From positions 1 through 64,000 of IMG/VR virus record IMGVR_UViG_3300008952_002784: a stretch of 64,000 nucleotides of DNA. One strand, 5' to 3'. Below are positions 18,245 to 27,145 of this stretch, in pieces. The notes under the pieces are model-generated. The model was not told where the DNA came from. It saw only the letters and a list, made by a program, of their open reading frames with translations, and searched no databases. A program made the position numbers and the translations under genes. Position 1 is the stretch's first letter. Each line of letters begins with the position of its first letter. The stretch comes from a virus.

Positions 18245-18498
18245 CAGATATAATATTTTCAAAGAGCAACCAAAAGATGACTCACGAAGAAGAGGCAGCT
18301 TCTGCAGATAATTTTGTTTCTCGTCAAATTGTCGCTGAGATCATGAACTATGGAATTACACAAATACAAATTCTTAAGATTATTGAATTCTTAGCAATGG
18401 AACTAGAAAATAGAGATTCTTTACTCAGTCTGGTAGAAATTTCTCAGTCGCTTCAAAACAAAGACAATCACAAAAACATAATTATCACAGAGACATAG
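18241..18498 (+). CDS. Hypothetical protein
   Basis: 85-aa ORF, ATGA-coupled. Confidence 0.6.
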   Translation: MTDIIFSKSNQKMTHEEEAASADNFVSRQIVAEIMNYGITQIQILKIIEFLAMELENRDSLLSLVEISQSLQNKDNHKNIIITET

Positions 18499-18507
18499 GA
18501 GGTTAAT

Positions 18508-18702
18508 ATGTCAAAAATACTAGAGAGCTGGGACGAAATTAAAGTGCTGGTTGAATCAATTGATCTAGATGTACACAAAAACGCTAGCGGTAATGCATCT
18601 GCAGGTGTTCGTGCAAGAAAGGGTCTGCGCTTACTCAAAAATACTACAGCTGAATTAGTCAAACTAACTATTGTAGAAGAAAAGTCTAGAAAAGCAGACT
18701 AG
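18508..18702 (+). CDS. Hc1-like (histone H1-like) small DNA-binding protein
   Basis: DVHKNASGNASAGVRARKGLRLLK matches the Hc1-family GNxxAGxRAR motif; GGAGG RBS. Confidence 0.78.
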   Translation: MSKILESWDEIKVLVESIDLDVHKNASGNASAGVRARKGLRLLKNTTAELVKLTIVEEKSRKAD

Positions 18703-18719
18703 CTTGACAACAAGATTAA

Positions 18720-19081
18720 GGGGACGCACCGGTTTCGACAGGGTAGTCTAGAAGGATAGTGCAAGTGCTCTAATGATGATTCGAGCTAAAAGATTTATCA
18801 AAAAAATAATTGCTAATAACAATAATTTCTACAACGTAGCTCTAGCAGCTTAGTAGTGGGGTTTTCAATAACCTTATTACCCAATATTGAATAATAGGTA
18901 GAGATCCTATGAAAATAACAAATCAAAAATGGTTACCCTGGAAACAGGTGGAATCCGAGGCAACATAGGAATGGGAATTTTGTTGCTACCTTTTTAGTTT
19001 GGGAATAAGCTAAATAAACTTGTGAATGACTTGAATTTAACGTTATCTTGGACAGGAGTTCGACTCTCCTCGTCTCCACCA
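18720..19081 (+). ncRNA. ssrA: tmRNA; tag peptide (A)ANNNNFYNVALAA encoded at 18812-18850 followed by TAG TAG
   Basis: 5' GGGGACG pairs with 3' CGTCTCC-ACCA with a G3.U wobble (Ala identity); GGTTTCGAC near the 5' end; T-arm AGGAGTTCGACTCTCCT; tag ends in ALAA. Confidence 0.96.
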
Positions 19082-19161
19082 TTTTTAAAAATAGAGATTT
19101 GTGGGTTCAAATTGATGATCATCAGTTGCTTGATATATGCATAGACATCCAGAGTAGTGGA

Positions 19162-19190
19162 TTTTACCGCAATTTTAGGCTAGTTAGTAT
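19162..19190 (+). promoter_or_regulatory. Putative promoter TTTTAC-N17-TAGTAT
   Basis: Intergenic, upstream of the tubulin-like gene; recurring motif. Confidence 0.55.
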
Positions 19191-19242
19191 TATCGTATAG
19201 ACATATTTATAGTCGTCAGCATTAGATCAGGATTCAATATCA

Positions 19243-20454
19243 TTGGCTTCATCAACAAAAAGTTTGTTTTCAAAAAGAAGCAATGCAGTTGTAACCAAAC
19301 CCAAGATCATCAACAATGTTATAGAGACACATAATAGCTTAGTTATAAACGACAAGGAAAAAGAAATGGCTGGACAAGAAGATACAAAAGAAGACACTTA
19401 CATAAACCCTGCGGATGATCTTGGGTTTGACTTTGTCGAAGCATATGACGATGATCCCGTAGAAGCAGATGAACGGATGTTACCTGAGAATTCATCTGCT
19501 TGTGCTATTAAGTGTGCATTTATTGGTGTTGGCGGAGGTGGTGGTAAATTAGCTAAAGCATTTCTAGATTTAGGATTTTCGAAAACAATATTGGTAAATA
19601 CAACAGTCAAAGATCAGCCTGCAGGTGTAGCGCCCGAAAACTTTTTACTTATGCCTGGTGCTGACGGTGTGGGAAAAGATATAGATGTGGGTCGTCAAGT
19701 GCTCAAGGAAAATAGTACTCTATTAGAAGACGCGCTTAGAACACGAATTGGGCCGGTTGATTGGGTATTTGTTCTAGCGGGTGGCGGAGGTGGTACAGGT
19801 AGTGCGTGTTCAACACTACACAATTCTATTGATAGACACCTAAAATCATGTGAATCAACTGGGAAGGTTGTCTATGTTATAACAAAACCATCTGCTCAAG
19901 AACTACTAAATCCTACGATATCATCAAATTATAAATCTACAATCGAAGATGTTTCTAGACATCCCCATATTGTAATTGACAATGAACGACAACTTCAATT
20001 GCTCAGAGGCAAGGTAGGGATGCTTGATTTGTATCCGTCTGCTAATAGAAATTTTGCTAAGTTAATGGCGCAAATATTTAAACTCTCATCAGAAAGTTCG
20101 CCTATTCAATCATTTGACACTAAAGACTTAGAACGATGTTTGGGTACACCAGGAAGAATGGTTGTGGGTAGTACTATAGCTAGAGATACTAACATTAGAG
20201 ACTTAGGATCTTCCTTATTTCAGGGTTGTATCAAATCATCGCCGTGTTCTGCCCCACGAGGATCGATAGCTACTGGAGCTATGTTACTAGTAGTTACATC
20301 TAACATGGCAAATGATCCAGTGGTTAGCAAAAAATTAGAAGCAGCTCTTTCATATGTCGGTGGCAGAACTGAGACATTATTCTCAGGAATCTATGTTAAT
20401 GAATCCGTTCCGGGACTAATAGCTATTACATTACTTGGCGGCATTGAATCATAA
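19243..20454 (+). CDS. Tubulin/FtsZ-family GTPase (PhuZ/TubZ/CetZ-like); alternative start ATG 19366
   Basis: IGVGGGGGK (T1), GADGVGKD, GGGGGTGS tubulin signature, IDNE and SFDTKDL (T7-like). Confidence 0.88.
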   Translation: MASSTKSLFSKRSNAVVTKPKIINNVIETHNSLVINDKEKEMAGQEDTKEDTYINPADDLGFDFVEAYDDDPVEADERMLPENSSACAIKCAFIGVGGGGGKLAKAFLDLGFSKTILVNTTVKDQPAGVAPENFLLMPGADGVGKDIDVGRQVLKENSTLLEDALRTRIGPVDWVFVLAGGGGGTGSACSTLHNSIDRHLKSCESTGKVVYVITKPSAQELLNPTISSNYKSTIEDVSRHPHIVIDNERQLQLLRGKVGMLDLYPSANRNFAKLMAQIFKLSSESSPIQSFDTKDLERCLGTPGRMVVGSTIARDTNIRDLGSSLFQGCIKSSPCSAPRGSIATGAMLLVVTSNMANDPVVSKKLEAALSYVGGRTETLFSGIYVNESVPGLIAITLLGGIES

Positions 20455-20739
20455 ATCTGATATTTTTCCGGTCTTGACTGCTAGCTTTTGAATTACAGCT
20501 TTTTCTATTTGGCACACTCTCATTCTAGTCACACCGAATATATCGCCTATTTCTTGTAAAGTCATCGGGCCGTGTCTGGCTGCTATCATAGAGCAGTTAT
20601 TACTGTCTTTGCTATCTATCCAATATTTACAAGATGCTTTCTTGCATGAAATATTTAGCTTATCATGTTCATGAAAACATGTTGTACCTTCAACTATATT
20701 ATTACTGTCTAAAATGGGGTTTGTCGCTGTGTTATTCAT
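20449..20739 (-). CDS. Stand-alone sigma-70 region-4 HTH protein with Cys-rich N-terminus
   Basis: MTLQEIGDIFGVTRMRVCQIEKAVIQKL is a region 4.2 HTH; no region 2. Confidence 0.82.
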   Translation of the reverse strand: MNNTATNPILDSNNIVEGTTCFHEHDKLNISCKKASCKYWIDSKDSNNCSMIAARHGPMTLQEIGDIFGVTRMRVCQIEKAVIQKLAVKTGKISDL

Positions 20740-20765
20740 ATAATCATTTCCTACTTAGTAGAAAT

Positions 20766-20794
20766 ATAATATCGTCGAATAGAAATATGTACAT
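20766..20794 (-). promoter_or_regulatory. Putative promoter ATGTAC-N17-TATTAT (minus strand) for the sigma-4 gene
   Basis: Reverse complement of 20766-20794; recurring motif. Confidence 0.6.
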
Positions 20795-20825
20795 AAAACA
20801 CTAGTAGTTCAGGAGCAGTTTAAAC

Positions 20826-22124
20826 GTGAGAAAGTCTTTAATTTTAGATACATCAGTACTTTTATATGATAAAAATTCAATTCATTCATTTCCGGGTAAC
20901 GATGTTATTTTGCCCTTTGTCGTCTTAGATGAACTCGATAGATTTAAAGACAAGCAGGGTATATTAGGTGAGTCAGCTAGACATGTCAATAGATATCTAG
21001 ACGATCTAAGAGGTTTGGGAAGACTGGATGTGGGTGTTCACATAGTAGAAACAGATCAAACTATAAGGGTTATGACACAAGACTTTGTCAAACCAGGGCT
21101 TGATCTGGGACTGGATATTACATTTGGTGATAACAGAATTATATCAACAGCTCTAAAGCTTAAAGTTGAGTCTGGCTCAACTATTAAGGTCATTACAAAA
21201 GATATAAATCTTAGAGTAAAATGTGATGCGCTCGGAATTGCTGCAGAAGATTACTACAAGGATCATATTTCTATAGAAACAACTGAAGAGAAAACGGGTG
21301 TATGCGAATTGCAGCTTAGTGACAGTCAGATCGACAGAATATTTTCAGATGGAAGTATTGTTTTAGGTGACAGCAATGATAACAATTTATTCGAAAATTG
21401 CTATGTTGTTGCCAAGTCATGTTCAAACAAGTCAGCGCTGTGTGTCTATAAAAATAAAAAGATTCATAAAATTAAAGATAGCGTACATGGTGATGTGACT
21501 AGCATTACACCCAAAAACAAAGAACAAACATTTGCTATGCATGCACTAAGTGATTTAGATATTGACTTAGTTTGCTTAACAGGTATCGCGGGCTCTGGCA
21601 AAACGTTCTTGACATTGGCGTCTGCGTTGGACGCACTCCATAAAAAACAATATGATAGAATAGTCTTCACCAGATCAATTCAGCCCGTAGGCAGAGAGAT
21701 GGGTTTCTTACCTGGTGATATGAATGAAAAGATGCACCCGTGGATTATGCCGCTTATTGATAACTTTAGACACACATATAAAGACATATCATATTTCAAT
21801 ATTATGATAGAAAAGGGTCAAATCGATATCGCTCCGTTAAGTTATATTAGAGGGAGAACGTTTAATAATTCTTTTATAATTGTTGACGAAGCACAAAATG
21901 CAACAATTCATGAACTCAAAACTGTCATAACACGAGTAGGAAAAGATTCAAAAATTGTTTTGTTAGGCGATACTGACCAGATCGATACACCCTATATTGA
22001 CAAGCGATCCAATGGTTTGTCAGTTGTTTCTAAGAAGTTGGCCGGTAGTAAATTAACAGCTCATGTCAACTTAAGTAAGGGTGAAAGATCTGATCTAGCG
22101 ACACTAGCGTCACTGAAACTCTAA
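20826..22124 (+). CDS. phoH: PIN-domain PhoH-family ATPase (PhoH2/YlaK type)
   Basis: ILDTSVL...LDELDRFK...DNRII...TKDINLRVK (PIN); GIAGSGKT, GFLPG, YIRGRTF, VDEAQN and GDTDQID. Confidence 0.93.
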   Translation: MRKSLILDTSVLLYDKNSIHSFPGNDVILPFVVLDELDRFKDKQGILGESARHVNRYLDDLRGLGRLDVGVHIVETDQTIRVMTQDFVKPGLDLGLDITFGDNRIISTALKLKVESGSTIKVITKDINLRVKCDALGIAAEDYYKDHISIETTEEKTGVCELQLSDSQIDRIFSDGSIVLGDSNDNNLFENCYVVAKSCSNKSALCVYKNKKIHKIKDSVHGDVTSITPKNKEQTFAMHALSDLDIDLVCLTGIAGSGKTFLTLASALDALHKKQYDRIVFTRSIQPVGREMGFLPGDMNEKMHPWIMPLIDNFRHTYKDISYFNIMIEKGQIDIAPLSYIRGRTFNNSFIIVDEAQNATIHELKTVITRVGKDSKIVLLGDTDQIDTPYIDKRSNGLSVVSKKLAGSKLTAHVNLSKGERSDLATLASLKL

Positions 22125-22171
22125 TCTCATAGTACGAAGTGCATACTTATCAATAAATATTGGAGTATGTT

Positions 22172-22522
22172 ATGGCATCAGTAAGAATGCGTGTTAGAGA
22201 CGGTAATAGATATCAAAAGCGCTATCCGTATACTAGACACCCTGTTAGACGTCAATTGTTTTCGGACAAGTCTGTTGAAATTGAAGTGAAACAATTGACT
22301 GTCTCAGATCAAAGTACAGTTGATTGGGAATTTGACGAGACATTCAATTCAGAACCCACAGTTACAGTGACTGTAGTCGGTACTAGTGGAAATACTTCTT
22401 CTGGAAATCAGGCAAATATTAATTGTTATGTAGCAGAGGTGTCAACTTCTAAAGCAACAATCAGATTTTCTAGCAATTTCAGCGGATTGGTTCACTGTCA
22501 AGCAATTAATGTGATTGGATAA
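22172..22522 (+). CDS. Putative virion fibre-associated protein (H-type-lectin-like beta fold)
   Basis: GGAG RBS at ATG 22172; FDETFNSEPTVTVT pattern; upstream of the fibre genes. Confidence 0.5.
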   Translation: MASVRMRVRDGNRYQKRYPYTRHPVRRQLFSDKSVEIEVKQLTVSDQSTVDWEFDETFNSEPTVTVTVVGTSGNTSSGNQANINCYVAEVSTSKATIRFSSNFSGLVHCQAINVIG

Positions 22523-22525
22523 AGA

Positions 22526-22849
22526 ATGCCAAGACTACTAACATATTCTGCTGAGTCGGGTACTGCGATATGTGATTCCACAGGGTTTGTAACAGTTAGC
22601 TTGGGTGGAGAATATAATGAAACGCCTATAGTTTGTGTAGTTACATCAGGGACTCACATAGGGTCATCTGGATCTCTTCATAACACAGACCCAGGAAGTG
22701 GTGGGGGTTTTATGCAAGATGATGACAATACTAATGCGTTTATTGTATCATCAACAAAAACAAGCGGGCAATGGTCTGTCATCATGGGAACTAGTGTTTC
22801 TGGATCGGCCATAAATTACACTGCCTGGGGCACAAGGCTACGAGGATAG
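22526..22849 (+). CDS. Putative virion fibre-associated protein
   Basis: G/S/T-rich; YNETPIVCVV and INYTAWG resemble the upstream ORF. Confidence 0.5.
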   Translation: MPRLLTYSAESGTAICDSTGFVTVSLGGEYNETPIVCVVTSGTHIGSSGSLHNTDPGSGGGFMQDDDNTNAFIVSSTKTSGQWSVIMGTSVSGSAINYTAWGTRLRG

Positions 22850-22864
22850 TTCGGAGATTAATCA

Positions 22865-25800
22865 ATGGCTAAGGATTTTAGATCAGATCAGATAAGAGTT
22901 ACCAAGATTATTGGTGAGGGTGGTCTTACCCAAATATACTCTTCTTCTAATGCAGCAAATTATGACGGTGAGCTTTCTAGCTCAAATACCGGTGTTGGTA
23001 ATGACGTTTGGTTACTAATTTCTGGCAGCTCTAGTGAAGAGTATGACGGAAATAGAAATGACGGATCAACAGTGCTGTTTTCAGGTGATGTTGTCGTTTC
23101 AGGTACTTTATATGCCGAGCGGAGTGTCATTGAAGTAGACGAATCTGTTGTGGGTAATTTACGTGTTCCAAATAAGCTACTAGTTTCAGGTGCTGCTGTA
23201 TTCAACACAGATGCAGGATCAACAGCAGACTTTCAAGTAAAGGGTGATTCTACTACAAACTTATTATTTGTTGATGTTTCTGCTGATAAAGTTGGAATTG
23301 GTACAGCATCACCAACTTATACACTCGATGTTGTTGGAGATATTGGCCTAGATGAATATCTTTATCACAATGATGATTCAGACACAAACATTAGATTCTC
23401 TCCAGATAACATTAGTATGCATGCGGGAGGCGCGCACTTTGTTGATTTCGACGAGTTATCAGGTAGTAATGATAGAGTTGTTTTCAACCCCTCTGGCAGT
23501 ACTATCAATTTTCAAGTTGAGGGCACCTCAGATGAACATGCTATATTTGTTAATGCTTCGACAGACAGAGTCGGTATTGGTAGCAGTGAGCCGGCTGCTA
23601 AACTGCATGTTGCACATTCAGGATCTGATGCTCACTTACGATTAGAGTATGGTGGGCCCACATCTGGCAGTGCTTATGCACAGTGGACTATTGATGCATC
23701 TAATAATCTAAGACTAGAGATACCGACAGGATTAGCAGAATATGCTGTAGAAGCTGATCTTGCTGTTTCTGGTAACTTTTATGTAACGGGAACATTTTCG
23801 CCGTCATCACTAGTCATTAATGAAGAGGGTGCTACTTCGGGAGATTTCAGATCAGAAGGTAACACTAATACACACTTGTTATTTGTTGATGCTAGCAGAG
23901 AATCTATTGGTATTAATAATGATAGTCCTGTATATAAGTTAGATCTAATAGAGACTGGATCACAGCTTAAGCTTGGCTACGATAGTGTTGACGGTGGGTA
24001 TGCTACATTTGATGTTACATCTAGCGGCGCACTAACAATTGCCTCAACTGACAACTCTGCAGCTGCCGGACACATTACTTTAGATGCAGACGGTGACATT
24101 ATCTTAGATGCTGATTCTGCGGATATTATATTCAAGGACGGCGGCACAGATCTTCTGCACTTCACTAATTCATCATCAAGTGTGATTATGTCAGCTTCTG
24201 TTTCTGACGCTGATATTATTTTCAAAGGATCAACCGGGGGGTCTAGCGTAGAGATTGCTAGATTTGACACATCACAAACGGGTCTATTGATGGCTTCATC
24301 CAAGAAGATTATGTTTGCAGACTCAAATGCTTACATATACGGCGATGGTACAGACGTTCATATAGGCGTAACAGATGCTGGTGATATCAATATTCCCGCG
24401 AGTATCGGTCTTACGTTTGGAGATGATGGCGAAAAGATTGAGGGCGATGGCTCTGCGCTTACAATATCTGGTGGCACAGTTACTATAGACTCAGAAGGTG
24501 ATATATTTTTAGATACTGACGGCGCGGATGTTGTACTGAAAGAAGCCGGAACTGAATATGGTAGGCTTACACAGACAGGTGGAGAACTAGTTGTCAAAAG
24601 TAGTGCTTCTTCTACCACAGCAATAACATTTTCTGGTGCTAATGCTACATTTGCCGGCAATACTACAATTGAGGGAACACTTACAGTTCAGGGGTCAACA
24701 ACTACTTTAGACTCTACTAACTTACTAATTGAAGATCCTGTGATTCTGCTGGCGTCAGGGACTACATCTACAAACTCTAATGGCGGAATTGCCATTGCTT
24801 CTGGATCAAGCTCAGCTGACAAAGCTTTAGTTTTTGGAAGAGTTGCAGATGATACGTGGGGTGTGGGAACAAAGGACATCACAGATGGAACTGTGACTAC
24901 TTTGGCAGACATGTATTTGACTAAATTTCGTGCTAGTCAATTGCAGTTAACTGGGACTAATCACTATATCGACGTTGCTTCAGATAATCTTACTTTTACA
25001 ACCGCAGGTGATGCTCACATAGACGCAACAGGGGATATCATACTTGATGCTGACGGGGACAACGTTACACTCAAGGATGGAAGTAATACAGTATTAGATA
25101 TTGTGATGAACAGTACAACAGAGATTACGCTAGACGCACCAGGGAACATCAATTTAGATGCTGACGGTGGTAAGATCGATCTACAGGACGGCGGAACAAC
25201 ATTCTTAAGATTTCAGCAATCTGGTGGGAGCGTAATTCTTACATCTTCAATAGATACTAAAGATATTATTTTCAACGGCGACGACGAAGCAGAAGTTTTT
25301 AGAATTGACTCATCTGCTAAATCGCTTAAGATGGGATCCAACAGAAAGATAGAATTTGCAGATACTGGTGAGAGCATTGTAAGTGATGGAACAGACTTGA
25401 CTATTGAGTCTGCAGGTGACATTAAGCTTTCCTCGGGTGGAAATAATATTACGTTCATCACTGGAAGTACTACTGCACTAGACTTTGTCATTAACGGCAG
25501 TACTGATATTACTTTAGACGCCCCCGGAGACATAAAGTTTGATGCTGCTGGGAATGACTATATTTTCAATCCTGGCGGGACTGAGTCATTTAGATTTACT
25601 GCAAACGCTGAAACTGACATGAAGATCAATGTAGCTGGCGACATGAAACTGGACGCTGCGGGGAATGACTATATATTTGATCCCTCTGGGACTGAGTCAT
25701 TTAGATTTACAGCGAATAGTACAACAAGTGCAACTTGGGATGTTGTTGGCGATGCCATTATAGATGCAGGTGGCGGTGATCTAGAACTCAAAGATGACGG

Positions 25801-27145
25801 AACCAGCATACTGAAAATATCAAATAGTTCTTCTGATATTGTCTTTCAACCGCAAGTAAGCAATAAAGATCTCATATTCAAAGGTGCTGGTGGCGATGAA
25901 GTCTTTAGACTTGATACCAGCGCTGATACTTTGAGAATAGCTGATTCAAGTAAAATTATATTGGGCGGTACAGATTATGATGGTGACAGTATAGGTGAAA
26001 ATGCTATATGGTCTGCTAGTAATAAGCTTCACATATCGGGAACACAAATATTATTTATGTCAGGAGGTGCATCTACAGTAGATGAAAGCTCCGGAGCTGA
26101 TATCAATTTTTATGTTTCTGGGACATCATCATCTCAGGGATCATCAGTACGTGGGACATCGCTATTTGGTGGTGACGTGATGATTTCAGGATCACTCAAA
26201 CTTGGGGGTAGCGCAGACTTTTCTTCTGTTACAAACTTGGATATAAGTTCTGCAGGATCTTATAGATTTGGTGATGCTACTGCGAGAATGTATAGAAGCT
26301 CTGATGATTTGATGTTTGATGACGGTAATGTAGTAACAGCTAAATCTTTATCTGATCTGGCTTCGTCGACTACAAATACAACAGCTGCTTTCTTCATACA
26401 GCATGATTCGCTTAGATCAATGATAAGAACAACAGGATCTGTTTCGTTTGATACAGATGGAAATTATACAAACATGTATGGTGACGATGTATATTTCTTT
26501 GTATCTGGTGCAGTAGGAAAGAAAGGCAGTACTGTTGTTTCAGGAACTGCAGTATTTGGTGGTGATGTTGTTTTATCTGGTGCAGCTTATATAGGGACTG
26601 GATCATTTGGTCATATTGGTGCAGCAAACAACACTGTACTAGAAATGAAAGCTAGTGCAGCAAATCACTTCAACATTGATCAAAAAGTAGCTGATAAAGA
26701 CATTAGGTTTAGAGTAAATGATTCAGATGGTGGTGGTGAAGGGCAAGAGGTATTACGACTCAAGGGTGATACTCAAGCTGTTAGAGTAATAGCTGGAGCT
26801 AACTTCGAACTTGGTGGCTCAACAAGATATCTTCATTCGTCGGCATCAACTGCAATAGATATCGTTAATAACAATGCTAGTGGTCAGCTAAACTTACTAG
26901 CAGGAACTTCAGGAACTCCCGGTAATGTAAATGTTCGAGGGACATTATTACCTACTCAGGATGCTACATTTGATTTAGGTTCTTCAACATATCGATGGGC
27001 AAATATATATACAGGTGACCTCCACCTCAAAAATGATAGAGGTGATTGGACAATTGTTGAGGAAGAAAACATGTTAACTGTTGTCAATAATCTTACTGGA
27101 AAAAGATATAAAATGATGCTTGAATTACTAGAAGGAGATGAATAA
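22865..27145 (+). CDS. Long tail/head fibre-like protein (1426 aa)
   Basis: G/S/T/D-rich beta repeats (LLFVDxSxxxVGIG, LDAxGDIILDA, FGGDVxxSG); C-terminal LPTQDATFDLGSSTYRWANIYTGDLHL typical of phage fibre tips. Confidence 0.75.
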   Translation: MAKDFRSDQIRVTKIIGEGGLTQIYSSSNAANYDGELSSSNTGVGNDVWLLISGSSSEEYDGNRNDGSTVLFSGDVVVSGTLYAERSVIEVDESVVGNLRVPNKLLVSGAAVFNTDAGSTADFQVKGDSTTNLLFVDVSADKVGIGTASPTYTLDVVGDIGLDEYLYHNDDSDTNIRFSPDNISMHAGGAHFVDFDELSGSNDRVVFNPSGSTINFQVEGTSDEHAIFVNASTDRVGIGSSEPAAKLHVAHSGSDAHLRLEYGGPTSGSAYAQWTIDASNNLRLEIPTGLAEYAVEADLAVSGNFYVTGTFSPSSLVINEEGATSGDFRSEGNTNTHLLFVDASRESIGINNDSPVYKLDLIETGSQLKLGYDSVDGGYATFDVTSSGALTIASTDNSAAAGHITLDADGDIILDADSADIIFKDGGTDLLHFTNSSSSVIMSASVSDADIIFKGSTGGSSVEIARFDTSQTGLLMASSKKIMFADSNAYIYGDGTDVHIGVTDAGDINIPASIGLTFGDDGEKIEGDGSALTISGGTVTIDSEGDIFLDTDGADVVLKEAGTEYGRLTQTGGELVVKSSASSTTAITFSGANATFAGNTTIEGTLTVQGSTTTLDSTNLLIEDPVILLASGTTSTNSNGGIAIASGSSSADKALVFGRVADDTWGVGTKDITDGTVTTLADMYLTKFRASQLQLTGTNHYIDVASDNLTFTTAGDAHIDATGDIILDADGDNVTLKDGSNTVLDIVMNSTTEITLDAPGNINLDADGGKIDLQDGGTTFLRFQQSGGSVILTSSIDTKDIIFNGDDEAEVFRIDSSAKSLKMGSNRKIEFADTGESIVSDGTDLTIESAGDIKLSSGGNNITFITGSTTALDFVINGSTDITLDAPGDIKFDAAGNDYIFNPGGTESFRFTANAETDMKINVAGDMKLDAAGNDYIFDPSGTESFRFTANSTTSATWDVVGDAIIDAGGGDLELKDDGTSILKISNSSSDIVFQPQVSNKDLIFKGAGGDEVFRLDTSADTLRIADSSKIILGGTDYDGDSIGENAIWSASNKLHISGTQILFMSGGASTVDESSGADINFYVSGTSSSQGSSVRGTSLFGGDVMISGSLKLGGSADFSSVTNLDISSAGSYRFGDATARMYRSSDDLMFDDGNVVTAKSLSDLASSTTNTTAAFFIQHDSLRSMIRTTGSVSFDTDGNYTNMYGDDVYFFVSGAVGKKGSTVVSGTAVFGGDVVLSGAAYIGTGSFGHIGAANNTVLEMKASAANHFNIDQKVADKDIRFRVNDSDGGGEGQEVLRLKGDTQAVRVIAGANFELGGSTRYLHSSASTAIDIVNNNASGQLNLLAGTSGTPGNVNVRGTLLPTQDATFDLGSSTYRWANIYTGDLHLKNDRGDWTIVEEENMLTVVNNLTGKRYKMMLELLEGDE
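25541..25720 (+). repeat. 111-bp (37-aa) tandem duplication within the fibre gene
   Basis: DAAGNDYIFnP.GTESFRFTAN twice, starting at 25541 and 25652; GGGACTGAGTCATTTAGATTTAC identical in both. Confidence 0.8.

Noticed and set aside
19050-19081. Stand-alone tRNA-Ala
   Set aside because: The T-arm and ACCA end pair with 18720-18726 and enclose a tag ORF, so this is the tmRNA 3' end; there is no anticodon arm
19243-20454. Cellular ftsZ indicating a bacterial chromosome
   Set aside because: No dcw genes and no FtsZ C-terminal peptide; the window has baseplate, fibre and gp55-like genes and no ribosomal or core housekeeping operons
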